NCBI GenBank assembly: GCA_002269645.1
Contig: NIVC01003339.1
Span: forward strand, 39,402 to 103,401
Length of the DNA: 64,000 bases
DNA from: Macrostomum lignano
Lineage: Eukaryota
Direction of reading: 5' to 3'
The notes under the pieces are model-generated. The model did not search any database. It saw only the letters and a program-made list of their open reading frames with translations, and was not told the DNA's origin. Each line of letters opens with the position of its first letter. Positions within the stretch are counted from its first letter, which is position 1. Positions 13,359-26,174 of the stretch are shown piece after piece. The translations under genes and the position numbers were made by a program.

Positions 13359-16140
13359 ATGCCAGCAACTGCTGCATCGAAACGGGCCAGCCGTAAGTCC
13401 AGCCCAGCAGCTGGCAAGCAGGCTGCTCAGCGATCGCGCAGTTCCAGCAAATCCCGATCGAAATCTGCCAGCCCGACTGCTAAACCTCGCCAGCGTAGCA
13501 GTTCGAAGACTCGAGCTGCTCCAGAGAAAAAGAGGACTCCGCAGCAAAAGCAGCAGAAGCAGCAACAGCCGAAGCCGCGCTCCCGGAGCTCATCGCGATC
13601 TAGAAAGCCGGCCGCTTCTCCAGCTTCGAACACGTCCACACCGCAGTCAGCTGCTAAACAGCCTAAAAAGACTGCGGCTCGTCCGCCTACGCCAACTGTT
13701 GCTAGGCAACGCCGCTCATCCGCTAGAGCTGTGAATCACAGCCCCGGCTCGCCTTCATCGTCTCCAACAAAGTCTGCTGCGGCCGGCACTTCAACTGCTA
13801 CTAGAAGCGGTGGAGTATCGACTCCGACTTCTTCAACGACCGCCACCCGATCTGGACGGCGTGGCCGAGAATTTGGCGGCGCGATTGGCTCGGCTCTGAT
13901 GACTGTCGGCCTGCCAGTGTCGCTGGTGTGGCTGAGTCTGCTGTCCGATGGCAAGCTTACCTTTAGCCGGTCGAATCGATTTTTATTTGGCAGCACTGGT
14001 AGTCTGGCGCTGGCCGATTTGTTTAGCGTTCGTTCGGCTCTGATCTATGGAGGCTGGGTGCTGGCTCAGCTGGTGCTGTATAGCCTGCCTATTGGTGGAA
14101 AGTAAGTCAATAATGGGAAATATATTATCATATTGATAATAATAATTAATTACACCTGTATCAGTTGGGCCAGATGTGCAACCGACAGCTCAGCTGCTGA
14201 AGGCTGCGTACGGCTGTTCAGTCCAAGGACTGGGGGGTCGCCACACACACCCTCAATTACCCCAGCTAATGCTGGCACCCATTTTACAGCTGGGTAAAAC
14301 TGAAGTATTAAGTCTTGCTCAAGGACGCAAATTGTTTCAGTGAGATCGGGAATCGAACCCCCGACCTAAAAGCCCGACGCTCTAACTACTAATAAGCAAA
14401 ATATACAAAATTTATTATGAAGTGATTCCAGACGACAAGTCAATCGTTAAAAAAAGTCGCAAGAGTCTTTAGCGCTTCTTAGTTATTGTATTATTTTCAA
14501 CAGGTATTATATTTAACCATCGCCTCTCTAGGTGGGTGCAACACGAGGGCGGCCTGTACCATTGCAACGGCCTGTTCGCCTTGATCGTATCCATGCTAGC
14601 TTTAGTTGGCGCTAATTGGTATGGCATCAAAGTTGGCAGCATCATCTGCTCTGAGTTGACTCGGCTAGCCGTATGCGCCAGCCTGTTCTCCCTGCTGCTA
14701 TCCATCGGTCTCTATGCGCGTTCGAGGCGCGTACCGAACTCGGCTCTGACTACCGAGGCTGCCTCCTCGATGAAATCTTCGGCTGCTAGCGGTCGGTGCA
14801 CCTTCATCTACGAATTCTTCATGGGCCGGGAGCTGCACCCGCGTCTGTTTGGCGGTCGGATTGATTTGAAATTCTTTCTGGAGATGCGCCCAGGATTGAT
14901 TGGCTGGGTACTGCTGGATATGGCTTTCATGTTCCAGGTCAAGGCTAACGGCGGCATTATCGGATTGCCATTCGCTACCCTCACTTTTATGCATCTGATC
15001 TACGTAGCTGATGCGCTGTTCTTTGAGCGATCGATTCTGACTACTACCGATATTAAACGCGAAGGACTCGGTTATATGCTGGTGTTCGGCAATCTGGCTT
15101 GGGTGCCCTTCTTCTATAGTCTGAGCGCTAGGCAGCTGATTACTAATCAGCCTACCATGCCTGCTTACTGCGTTGTTGGTGTCCTGTTCATCAACCTATT
15201 TGGTGAGTTCATTGTGTTTTTGCACTTTTTTGAGACTTGCCTGTAGAATTGAAGGTTTTCATCTGTTATTGAAGGTTTTCACCTGTTATTGAAGGTTGTC
15301 ACCTGTTATTGAAGGGTTTCACCTGTTATTGAAGGGTTTCATCTGTTATTAAAAGGTTTCAGCTGTTATTGAAAGGTTTTACCTGTAATTCTAAGGTTTC
15401 ACCTGTTATTAAATGTTTTCACCTGTTATTTAAGGTTTTCACCTGTTATTGAAGGGTTTCACCTGTTATTAAATGTTTTTACCTGTTATTAAAAGGTTTC
15501 ATCTGTTATTGAAGGCTTTCACCTGTTGTAGTTGTTGGGTTTTTTTACCTGTTGTAGTTGTAGGAATTTCACCTATTGTAACTGTAGGGACTTCAACTGA
15601 TGTACTTGTAGGTTTTCAACTGTTGTAATTGAGGGTTTCACCTGTTGTAATTGAATTGTTTCACCTGTTGTAATTGTAGGGTTTTATAAACGTTTCATTT
15701 CTGCAGCCAGGCAAGTCAATTCAGATATATAGATAAACTTACTGCTCAACCTTTTGCACCTATCCGCAGGCTACTTCATCTTCCGCGCCTCCAACTACAT
15801 GAAAGACGAATTCCGGCGCGACCCGCACCAGCCCAGGTTTGCCAACTGTCGCACCGTGCCAACCGGTGTTCGCGGCCGTCACCTACTAGCCGCTGGCAGC
15901 TGGGCGCTGTGCCGTCATCCCAATTTTGTTGGCGACTTAGTGATGGCGTTTGCCTGGTCCCTGGCTGCCGGGTTTCACGCGCCGTTGGCTTGGCTGTACC
16001 CAGCCTACCTGCTGGTGCTGCTGGTGCACCGAGCCAGGCGTGATGAGATTCACTGCTCGGCTAAGTACGGCCTAGCCTGGACTCGCTATTGTGAACTGGT
16101 GCCCAACCGGTTCCTGCCAAGATTCTATCAGCGGGCTTAG
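13359..16140 (+). CDS. LBR: Lamin B receptor / delta14-sterol reductase (ERG4/ERG24 family), about 594 aa; exons 13359-14101, 14532-15202, 15770-16140
   Basis: Basic RS-rich N-terminus; motifs IYEFFMGRELHPR, DLKFFLEMRPGLIGW, TTTDIKREGLGYMLVFGNLAWVPFFYS, GSWALCRHPNFVGDL, HRARRDE..CSAKYG..W..YC..VP. GT-AG introns; 743+671+371 = 1785 nt in frame. Confidence 0.92.
14198..14390 (-). mobile_element. CORE-type SINE, copy 2 (LBR intron 1)
   Basis: Same core and B-box as the copy at 1309-1500. Confidence 0.8.
15250..15690. repeat. 20-bp minisatellite (ttcacctgttattgaaggtt) in LBR intron 2
   Basis: Direct tandem units. Confidence 0.9.
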
Positions 16141-18433
16141 CCTAATTGGTTAATTCATTGGATTGATTTTCAACAAAAAACCAACTGAAGGACACGAGTT
16201 TTGTTTGCAACTTTTTTGTCACTTAATTTATCCAACTTTTGGAATTTTAATGCTTCTTTTTTAAACATGCTACTCACAGTAGCAAAGTTTGGGTCGTTTT
16301 TTTATAAAAAAAATCAAAAATACATTGTTTTGTCTAAATTATTTATCTTGTTAATCTCTTCTTATCACTAAATCCATGTGTGTGCGAGCATATGCAGCTT
16401 TTGCGCAAAAGGCAGTCATTTGTGTATAATAAATTATCTATATATAAACAATTGTTATTGTTGTCAATAATAGCTGATTCATTAACTTTGCGCATGCTTG
16501 CGTCCTTTGATATTTTGTTGTTTCTTTGTCATTGTTTTTAATTAATTACTATATATATTGATCTGCTACTTATAAGTAAGCAAGGTGCAGGCATTAACTT
16601 ATTTTTTATTTTAGTCCTTTTTTATTCGACTTGAAATGTTCGATTTGGCAGCTAAGTCCCATTGTTTGCTTTTTTAATTTTAATTTTTTCTCTGTTATTT
16701 TTTCTAACCAATTCTTTTTTATCTTATTGGTCATTTTAACCTACCAAGTGTACTCACTGACTAAATCCCAAATCCCCGTCTGCCTTGAAGTTTTTTTTGT
16801 ATTTTTTAAATGAGTTTGTTCATTAAATTTATTATATCATACTTTAATATTTATTGTATAATTGTTAACCTATAATTCACTTATCACTGTCTCTGACTAA
16901 GTCACTGAACTTGTATATATGCATTAATTTGTTTTAGCTAATTAATGACCTACTTATAGTAATATTGTAGCTTGTGCATAACAACCAGCATCATATCTAT
17001 TACTCTTAAACGTATAAATTTATCGTAGCCCTAAAATAATATCCGTAGTTTTGTACAGTTTTAAATGTTTAATTCGTTTCTATTTGTTTTGATATTAGTA
17101 ACTTTTATTATAACAAAGGTGAAAGCATCCGCACATATATATATAAACCATTTTTTATAAATTGTAATTCGCTTTGTAGTTTCCCATCTATTCAACTCTG
17201 TTAATTGTGTGTGTTTTTTTTCAACTTTGCGGAAAATATAGGCCACTTACTGTTACTAAATTTAATTAATTCATTTTTAATTACTATTAGAAGTTTGTTA
17301 ATTATATCCATCCAGTTGTACATAAATCAAGCTTTTTATTTACAACAGCAAAAAATAACTAAAATAATTAATTTAGCATTCAATTAGTCTTATATTGTAA
17401 GTGCGAAAAAATTCTCAGTGAGATCAAAAAGCAGGCGGCATTTTTATTGACTTAATTAATTTTTTTTTCTTTAAGCTGGCGGATTTATTTGTGCTCTTAC
17501 AATTAAAGTCTGGACCAGCGCAATACTCGTAGATATCAGTTATTTAGTTATGAGAGTGATTTATATAAGTTAGTTCGGCCCTACGGCGCATGTACCTTTA
17601 AACTGATACGACCAGCTCTTTCTTAGAAAGGTCTTAGAAATGATTAAAGATAAACACGAAAGCAATTGTTTTACCTTAAGGCTCAGCAAACTCCGGTCCT
17701 AGGGTCTTTTGATACTTTACAATAAAAATCAAAGTTTGTGTCTCTTTTTCTTCTCTCCTCTCCCCTCTCACCTCTCCTGTCTTTTCTACTTCATCTGAGC
17801 AGTCTACAAACTGCAAATGTTTTCATCTGGATACTTAAATTTAGAATACATGCACTTCCTCAAAGCAGTTGTGAAAAATGTTTAAATTAAAATTATCAGA
17901 CTTATAAAGCGTACACTACACTCAGCGACATTTAAAACCGAAACCCTACCGAAAAGAGGCGACACGTACGTCGCTTGCGGTTGAAGGTGAGAGGTAGAGA
18001 AGTAGAGTGTAGATTTTTTCGCGCCTAAAAAAGCTTGTTTCCGGTGCCTGATATTGAGCAGTCCCCGTCTCAAAACGTCTAGAATGACAGCAGATGGTTC
18101 ATTCAAGCGCTTCTTTTCGATAGAAGCAGAAAATTTTGAATAAAAAAACAATTGCACGAAAGGAAAAACAAAAGCAGCTTGAAGCTCGATTATGCTTGAA
18201 TCAAAACAATATGCGACAGTGTTTGAAACTGCTCTGCTAGAACTCAAAAAGCGGCACAATGCGCTGTCAGTTTCGCAGCTCTGCGCCACCAGAGCATATG
18301 CGGAGCGGCGCCCGCGCCCTCCCCATTTGGCAAATTTTGTTATTCATCCACATCGAAGGAGCTGAGGTGGCTGCAGTCTAAGTTGAACCTCAGCAACGAG
18401 AGCAGGATTAATTTTAATGCATGCAGAATTTAA

Positions 18434-19300
18434 CTGCCGCCTGCCTGCCTCCCGAGCTTTCGCATCCGCAATATCGCACTGCAGCCAGCATGGCAAACCA
18501 GCTTCATCGCTACTCCAGTCTCCGTTCTGCTTGCAGCGGCCTGTTTGGCCCAGCTGGTCTACTGCGAGAGCCTGCCGACCGGGCTCCTGGCACCGCTTGA
18601 GCAGCCCGCAGTGCCTGCCTGAGAATCTGACAGTCCGGGCGGCTCAAAATTCGAGAGGAATCATCGAGTGCCTCTACGAGGCTGGCTCGAGCGGCCTGCA
18701 GGTGGCCAGACACATCAGTGGATGTCGGAGAATGTGGAGTGGAGCAGCGAGGGAGGCAAGCTCGACGGAGTGTCGTCCAAGATGTGGCTGGAGAACGTGG
18801 AGTTCGCGAACTACCAGCTGCCATTCTCGTGGCTGGTCAGGCTCAAGCGGGAGATCAAGCAAGCAGCAATTCTTGACAGCCACGACTGCACCACCAAGAT
18901 CGATGGAGACACCTTCTGGGACGGCACACCGACTATCCAAGGCCTGTACCTCCACAGAGTCGCTTTGAGTTATTATACTTACAAAACTGCACCGGAAACG
19001 AACTCGTTTGACCCGAATTCGTCGGCTCGTGGCTAAGAAACAGCTTCGTCGGCTCGTGGAAGTCAGCGTAACGTCGGCGTCTCTTTCAAGCCAAACATTT
19101 TTCTCCAACGGAGGCTTCGTGCCGCCAGAGCAGGTGAAGCTGTGTCAGGGCCATATTCTGAAGCAAGCAATCCCAACTGCACCTGTCTGTCACCCTCGGA
19201 TTTCAACATGGCGACTTGCGAATGCTGAAAGGCGGTGGCAGTCATGAATGACACAATGACCGAGGCTGAGATCCGCAACTTCTTCGGTCTGGTGCGCTGA
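18434..19300 (+). pseudogene. Possible disrupted gene for an unknown secreted protein
   Basis: One GC3-rich frame with a signal-peptide-like stretch (VSVLLAAACLAQLVYCES), an RLKR site and a Cys-rich tail. Interrupted by TGA 18620, TAA 19034 and TGA 19226; no in-frame ATG; no family recognised. Confidence 0.3.
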
Positions 19301-19394
19301 ACTGCTGGTGAAACTGGATGAACCGACTCTGAACTATGAAGGCTATAGATTAAATCCCATTGCTCTAACCCCATCATGCTTTAATCTAATTGCT

Positions 19395-19878
19395 TTAATC
19401 TCAGTTGTTTTAGTGATTTAATCTCAGTTGCTTTAATCCCATTTGCTTTACTCCCAGTTGTTTTAATCCCAGTTGCTTTAATCCCAGTTGCTTTAATCCC
19501 AGATGCTTTAATCCCATTTGCTTTAATCCCATTTGCTTTAATCCCAGCTGTTTTAATCCCAGTTGCTTTAATCCCAGCTGCTTTAATCCCAGTTGCTTTA
19601 ATCCCAGTTGCTTTAATCCCAGTTGCTTTAATCCCAGTTTCTTTATTCCCAGTTGCTTTAATCCCAGCTGCTTTAATACCAGTTGCTTTAATCCCAGCTG
19701 CTTTAATACCAGTTGATTTAATCCCGGTTTCTTTAATCCCAGTTGCTTTAATCCCAGTTGCTTTAATCCCGATTTCTTTAATCCCAGTTGCTTTAATTCC
19801 AGTGGCTTTAATCCCAGTTGTTTTAATGCTTTAATCTTAGTTGTTTTGATGCTTTTATATCAGTTGTTTTAATCCCAG
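19395..19878. repeat. 15-bp minisatellite (ttgctttaatcccag); degenerate continuation at about 21073-21170
   Basis: Direct tandem units. Confidence 0.93.
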
Positions 19879-21072
19879 TGTGATAAAATAGGCAATTAGA
19901 TAAATAGCATGCACGGTGAGCAATTACATGTATTTAGGCCCTAGACAAACCTACTTGGAGCGTCAGAGATTTTAAAGCTATTAATCCTAATCGCCTATCG
20001 CCGGTCGGCGAGTTCTACCAGTCTTCTCTAATAGCCGCAGGTACAGTACAAGAAAAGAAAGAACACGAGGGAACGCGAACCGAAAGATTTAGAGAGTGAT
20101 AATCCTATGTGATACGAGCTACAAACTGATAATTGGCTAGACGATTTAATTTGATTACTTCAAGTTACAAAATTCAAATTCAAAGCGGCGCAGATAACTA
20201 GAGTTGACAAAACGACGATAACGGTTAATAATAATAATTAGATTACGCAACTGGCAAGCAGATCTCAGCTGAGAAGAAGAGGAAGAACCGAACACGACCA
20301 CGGATAAGACTCCTAACCCCTGGCCTAAACCAGAACCTACACTCAAACGAGAGCCCTGCCGAATCGACCGTTCAACGGAGTACCGACAAAATTCTATCGG
20401 CACTGCCCTTCAGTGTAACACTGAGGCCCTCGGGGTCGAGGCCGCGTACTTGATCAGATCCGACAGTCTCTATCTAAACCGCGCTTGATAGCGACGACGT
20501 CAGACAAGGATGCCGAATCGTTACGCTACAAGACTGAAGCGGTCGGGCGGGGAACAAAACTATGGACCGGGGATGACGAATTCAGAACGCCTCAAAGCGC
20601 GAATCAAAGGGAAACAGGCCACCGGCCGGGAAGCTGGAACACAAACCAAGAACCGGGGAAAGAAGGGGGGTGAGATCCGATTGCCAAACTCACTTTCATT
20701 TATAGTCAGAGTCACAACCCCTCAAAACTCCCCTCAAGCCGGGTGGTGGTCGTCTGGCCGGCCGCCCGCTAAGCCGACTTGCACTGTGCCCGCGGCGCCG
20801 GGTAGAACTGGAACTTGCCGCGTGCCAGGGTCCAGGCCGGTTCTGATTGGCTGGCCGCGCAAAGCTGGGGTTCGCAGACAAAAGCTCAACCCTCCGCTGA
20901 GTCACAAATGGCGTCTGACTTCTAACCTGTTTACGCAAAATAGATTCTAACTAACAAGAAAAAAGTACACCAAAACGCATGACTAAACTAAAGCAAAATA
21001 ACAATTCAATAACAATAATGCAAAACCTAACTAATAGAATACAAGGCTATCGCAAAAGATGCTCACACTACA
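19879..21072. mobile_element. About 1.2-kb insertion splitting the 15-bp array; solo-LTR-like
   Basis: TG...CA ends flanked by ccag on both sides; array units resume after it; no coding signature. Confidence 0.4.
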
Positions 21073-21515
21073 CCAGTTGTTTAATGCTGTAATCCCAGTA
21101 CTCTCAGCTGTAACCACAGTTTCTTTAATCTAAGCTGCTTTGGATACCAGTGTGTTTAATATCCCAGCTAAATTCAGTAAGTCAGTCAGTAAGCCCGACA
21201 CTCTGGTTGGTAGATCTAAACGCAAATTTGATTGAACTTTAAAACCTGACAACTTTGAAAATGACTTATTTTTAGGTTTTACCGAGCTGCAGTAGTAGGA
21301 AATGCGTCTTAAAATAATTTAACCAAGAATCAGTTCGAGTCTAGTCAGAGTGAGTGAAGTCAGAATGAATTTAACTTTATATTTTGGCTATTGCAGTTTC
21401 AAATCCTTCGTGTACATTTTTAAGAACTTTCAGTCTAAGTAGTGTGTTAGTGCAGATAATTTTCAGTGGCTAGTCGAATTTCATTCTGGTAATACGATGT
21501 ACAGTACATGCTGTC

Positions 21516-23322
21516 CTAGTTTTCAGTTTCAACTTTAACCTCACATGTCGCCACACTGAGCCTCATTGACAATAGGTCGTTGCTGTCCTCACTAAACTGA
21601 TTCCTCAGCCAATCGACGTGCTCTTTCCGGTCCTGGCAGTACTGATGTAGCTTCTCCGAAATCTCCAAGTCCTCGTCACCGATTTCGTGCTCTATCCACA
21701 TCGCCAGTCGGTTTTTGTTGCTTTTAGTCGGCGCACGTCCAACGTCGAGAACTTTAAAAGCGTGCTTGGCGCTGTACTTGGCATTCGGATCGGCTCTCTT
21801 GTTGGTTCGATCGTCAATAGCATTCAGCACTTTCTCTACATGGTCGCATAGTTCCTTCACTTCGTCCAACCTGTCAGAGTCATCGCAGTTGAATCTGAAC
21901 TCGTAGAATACGCAGCGACTTTTCAAGGAGACGCTGCTTACGATAGCGCTGCCGCTGTGACTAGTGCTGGCACCGTCGCTAGCTTGATGCGGATGCAGCG
22001 GAACGGCACTTGTATTGGCATGAACACTTCGTTGTTTAGGCTGGTTCACCTGTTTCTCCTTCATCAGAGCTGTTAGCTTGGAGTTGAGCATCGTCGCCGA
22101 TGTACGCTTCGTCGCGTCGCAGGTCAGTAAGTTGTTCAAGATCAGACGAATCGAGTCCAACACAGGCTTGTGAGCATCGTATTTGAACGGACTTTTACCG
22201 ATGTCAATGCAGTGTTGATCTACACAGATCTGTCCTTTTGAGTCTTCCTGTGAGCTAAACGGCGTCATATACTTCGCAGCTCCTGCGGTGTCAGACGGAA
22301 TACAGCATCGCACATCACCACACCAAGGGAGAAGCAGTCGGATTTGTTGTTGTAGCACCTGCTGACAGCCTCTGGCACCCTCCACAGCTCGGTACCAACT
22401 CCAGGCGTTAATTCATGGCCGCTGCAGTCGTCAGGCAGGTACCTACTGCAGTTAAAGTCGCACAGTTTGCAGTCGAGGCTGCCGTTGAACATCAGAATGT
22501 TTTCACTCTTCACGTCTCGGTGCAGCAGCTTGCTGCCGTGCATGTAGCTGAGAGCGTCCGACAGCGGTACCATCCAACGCAGGCAGTGGGCCAAGCTGTA
22601 GTGATCCTCTCTGCCAGTGCCCTCAATGTCCGTTGGAAATTGGCGCTTCTCAGTTTCGAAGTGCAGCAATTTGTACAAGCTCAACTCGCCGGCCTCCATG
22701 ATATACAAGCACTGGCTGGAGTGCATGCCAAAGGCTGAAACTATGTTAGCGTGGTTGCACGCTTTGAGAAGTCTGTACTCATTCAAACAGGCTTTGGCAG
22801 CGTTCCTAGGCATTAAGAATTTCTTAACTGCAACGTAAGGAGTTTCATTAATGCGAAGTGTAGGTAATGATTGGCCTACTTTAGTCCGATCGCTGCACAG
22901 TTTCACTTTGCACACATGTATTCGGCTAGTTTTGTACAGATCCTCGGCATCGTTGAAGTTCAGACAGTTCGTGTCTATGCACGTGCCAGATTCCTCTGTG
23001 TTGCAGGTCTGCGTTGACTCGCTAGACAGACTGTGCTGCAATCGAACTCGAACCTGCGTTTATCGGGAAATAATTATAGCTAAATAAATAGAGATATCAA
23101 TACATTCACTTTACCGAAATCCATTCAAGCAGATCATGATGTTATAAAAAAATACATTAAATGTACATGCACATGTATACATGTATATCTGAAGAACAAT
23201 ATTTGCCATACTGTTAAGTTGCCCATGTAAAATTAACTTTGATGCATTGACGATTTAACTAACAAGTATCTCTCAGTTGTTTTAAGGCTTACCATTGCTT
23301 CAGATGACGTCGACATTTTCAT
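21516..23322 (-). CDS. TAK1/TKL-like protein kinase 1 with an unrecognised C-terminal domain; exons 23322-23293 and 23053-21516; one frameshift at about 22296
   Basis: VAVKK, NEYRLL, YSLAHCLRWM..ALSYMH, HRDVKSEN, KLCDFN, GTELWRVPE, KSDCFSLG. Exon 1 is 10 codons ending at gtaag (phase 0, matches the acceptor). Adding 1 nt after TTC CG joins the two ORF-track frames (VFR-SDTAG). Confidence 0.8.
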
Positions 23323-23529
23323 AGAAACAAGGATCAAGCAGGGCGGCTGCTCTTATAGGAACTGTTCTCAGATTTTTGTGCTTTATAGTTGGGTGGGTAG
23401 GCTTTTTGTAAGTGTGTTACTTCACTTCATAGTCAGTTGCTTTTCTTTTAATAATAAGTTTGCTCAATTGTCATCGGAATAAAAGAGACTTTATGGCCTA
23501 GATTTTTTAAATAAACTACTCGTATATAA

Positions 23530-24740
23530 TTTTACACGAGTTATGAGTATAGCTGAGCATTGAGAGTAGCATACAAGCGCGTAGGTACCCGGCAAGACCC
23601 GTATTTTCTAGCATCCCTCCTTTGAAAGAAGAGCCAGAGAAAAAATACTCTGCTATTGTTTGGAATTTTTATAGCCACTTAGCTGAAATCTGTCTGCAGA
23701 GAAGTGAGAAGCAGCAAATGCCTCATGTGACTTGCTTGCAATTTAACTGGATGAGTAATCGCAAAAATTCAGTGCACAAGTACTCGCGTTTCATTCTAGA
23801 TCTTTCAGCTTTTCAGTTTTTCATATCATATAAAGACGAAACAGCGTAAATACTAAAAGACTCAACTTCAAGCAACACAACAACACAAAGTACTTCACCC
23901 GCCAGCCACAGCAGTGGCCAGAAAGGGGGAAGTCAGAGAGCGCGTCTCTGGGCCATGGCCTCAGAAAGTCACACTCCCCCGGCTTGGTCCGGGGCGCTAG
24001 CATCGGTCAAAAGCCTGTCCGGATATCTCGCGGTTCGCCCTTGGCCTCGCCTGCGCGGTCCTTGCAGCTTGAGCAGCAGCACTTCGATCGTTTTTCCCCT
24101 AACAGACTGCTAGGGCAGCGTTGTGGGGTGCCGCAAGAGAGAGAGAGCACTTCGTGCAGCGGCTCAGGGCAGCGGCCCTCCGACCGGATGACGTGGCCAG
24201 CCAGTCGAAGTCGCCGCCCGCGCAGCAGGCCAGAAGGCCGCATCGGGCGTGCCCTCGTGTAGAGCGCGGCGTTGGTCTCGCTGCCTGGACTGCTGCGCAC
24301 TCCCACCGCCACACGCAGCATGGCCGCTCACGCGCAGCGTCCAGCTGCCTCTCCAAGGCATCCGTCAGGGTCTAGGTCTCGGCGTGGACCCTAAACCCGG
24401 AACCCTGGACCCTAACCTCAAGATATATGTACTAGTAATAAGATTAAACGAATTCCGAAGACAAGCAATTTTATTTGAATTTAGGCTCTGAAGAATCTGC
24501 ACTGATGTATATCTGTCAGTCAGACAATGTATTGTAAGATTCTAGATCATTAGGTGATGTCACAACAATCACGAAAATCAGATTTCCGACTAGAATACAC
24601 TCTTGGTTAGTCTGCGAACTAGTTTCTTATTGTTATCAATCTCTCTAAGTTAGATTTAATTTAGAAGTCGATGTAAAAGGGACTAGGACTGGATTGCATA
24701 TTGACCATGCAGGGACAGGGACAGCCTTATTGCTAGGGGT
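23530..24740 (-). promoter_or_regulatory. Upstream region of kinase 1, homologous to 34165-34810 upstream of kinase 2
   Basis: Shared blocks in the same orientation relative to each kinase, e.g. gctgaaagatctagaatgaaac and gcga(t/c)tactcat(c/t)cagttaaa(t/c)tgcaagcaag(t/c)cacat. Interrupted here by an RTE fragment. Regulatory function is inferred. Confidence 0.5.
24005..24365 (-). mobile_element. RTE-clade non-LTR retrotransposon 3' fragment
   Basis: QLDAA..MLRVAVGV..TNAALY..LRGRRLRLAGHVIR resembles the post-RT C-terminus of RTE LINEs; frameshifted. Confidence 0.65.
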
Positions 24741-26174
24741 TCTTAGCGAGCTTTCCAGGCATCACTAAAGGCACCAGCTGTATCTCTCTTCAACGAATTT
24801 TATACATTGAGCTTCTACTAAATAACAAATTCGTAAATCGCTGGGTAATTCTCGCTCAGACCCACTCACATCGCTGCTAAGATATATATAAATGAATAAA
24901 TTAAGCTTAGAACCATTCTGATACACCATTTAAAACACGATGCAATTGAAGATTTGGGATAACTTCAAATAACTTCTGGGGTAATTGTTGTGTAGCCAAG
25001 GCTTGAAGTTTTCCAGTTGAGTTGAAAAATAGAGTGCTAGGTGCGCACAGTTGCTTTATTTATATTTTCGTTATTTAAGAAAAACTACATGATCGATATT
25101 TTAACTACAGTAGAAAAACTGCACGATCGATAAATTCAAGAGCTAGAGATATCACGTGATTAATAATACATTATACAGATAATTTATCAACTACTCTACT
25201 TAAAGTGGCAGTATAAGTAATAGGCAATAATAATAATATAGGTAGCATTTACGTTATAGTAGAAACATTCGTAAAATATTATCTATCATTAAGTTGGTCT
25301 GTCAGGTTACACGACACAACAGTAATAAAGCAGAGCTGTCAAAGTTGTCGTGATCGAAATTAATAATTAACAGACACAAAAATAGCTAAGAATAAAGTCC
25401 TAAAGACTATGCTAAGGGAAGTAAAAACAATGATACAATACTAATATACACTAATTATAATATTCATAGAAATAATTCTCAAATTAAGAGAGAAATTAGC
25501 AAAATACGCAGGCGTTATACTGCCAGTAGTGCATAATGTAAATGAATATGGAGAAAAAATAAATATGGGTGAATACAGAGTGAAATTCTGGGCTTATTAA
25601 CTACTATATTTCAGATGAGTCTACATAACTTTCCAAGATCACGGCTAATTTTTGAAAGCCTCATGTACGAGAATATATTTTTAAAACTGCATTCAGGGAT
25701 CGATAAGCCATGCTATTGGCTGATCGTGAATTCAGGAAAATAGATTGCTTATCTGCGAGACTTGTGACCAAATTTTTGCCTTAATTACGATTGCTGTCTC
25801 CCATTTTGAATATAAATTAAAAAGACACTATTTGACACACCTAAAAAGCTACTCACTTATTTAACAATTTAAAGAATTATTTGATGCTGGGAATGTGGAA
25901 TAAATATATTGATACTCAGACAAATAATCAGCTATAAACTCTTCAGATTAGCAAACCTTGGTTTTCTTTCACCAATAAGTTCTCTGACAGCTGCAATGAA
26001 AAAAACTTTTAGTATACTAGGTAGTAGTAGATAGCAAAGTAAATAATAGCTAAGACAATTTTTCTACTACGTGCTACGAAAAATAAAACAGACAGAGCTA
26101 GGTTCTTAGTAAAAAGGTTTATTCTTTTAAAAAATGTTAACAGTTGTACTAGAATAGCTCGTTTACGAATTTAA

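Noticed and set aside
18620-19228. In-frame TGA codons as selenocysteine
   Set aside because: A TAA also interrupts the same frame, and I see no SECIS-like element or redox motif.
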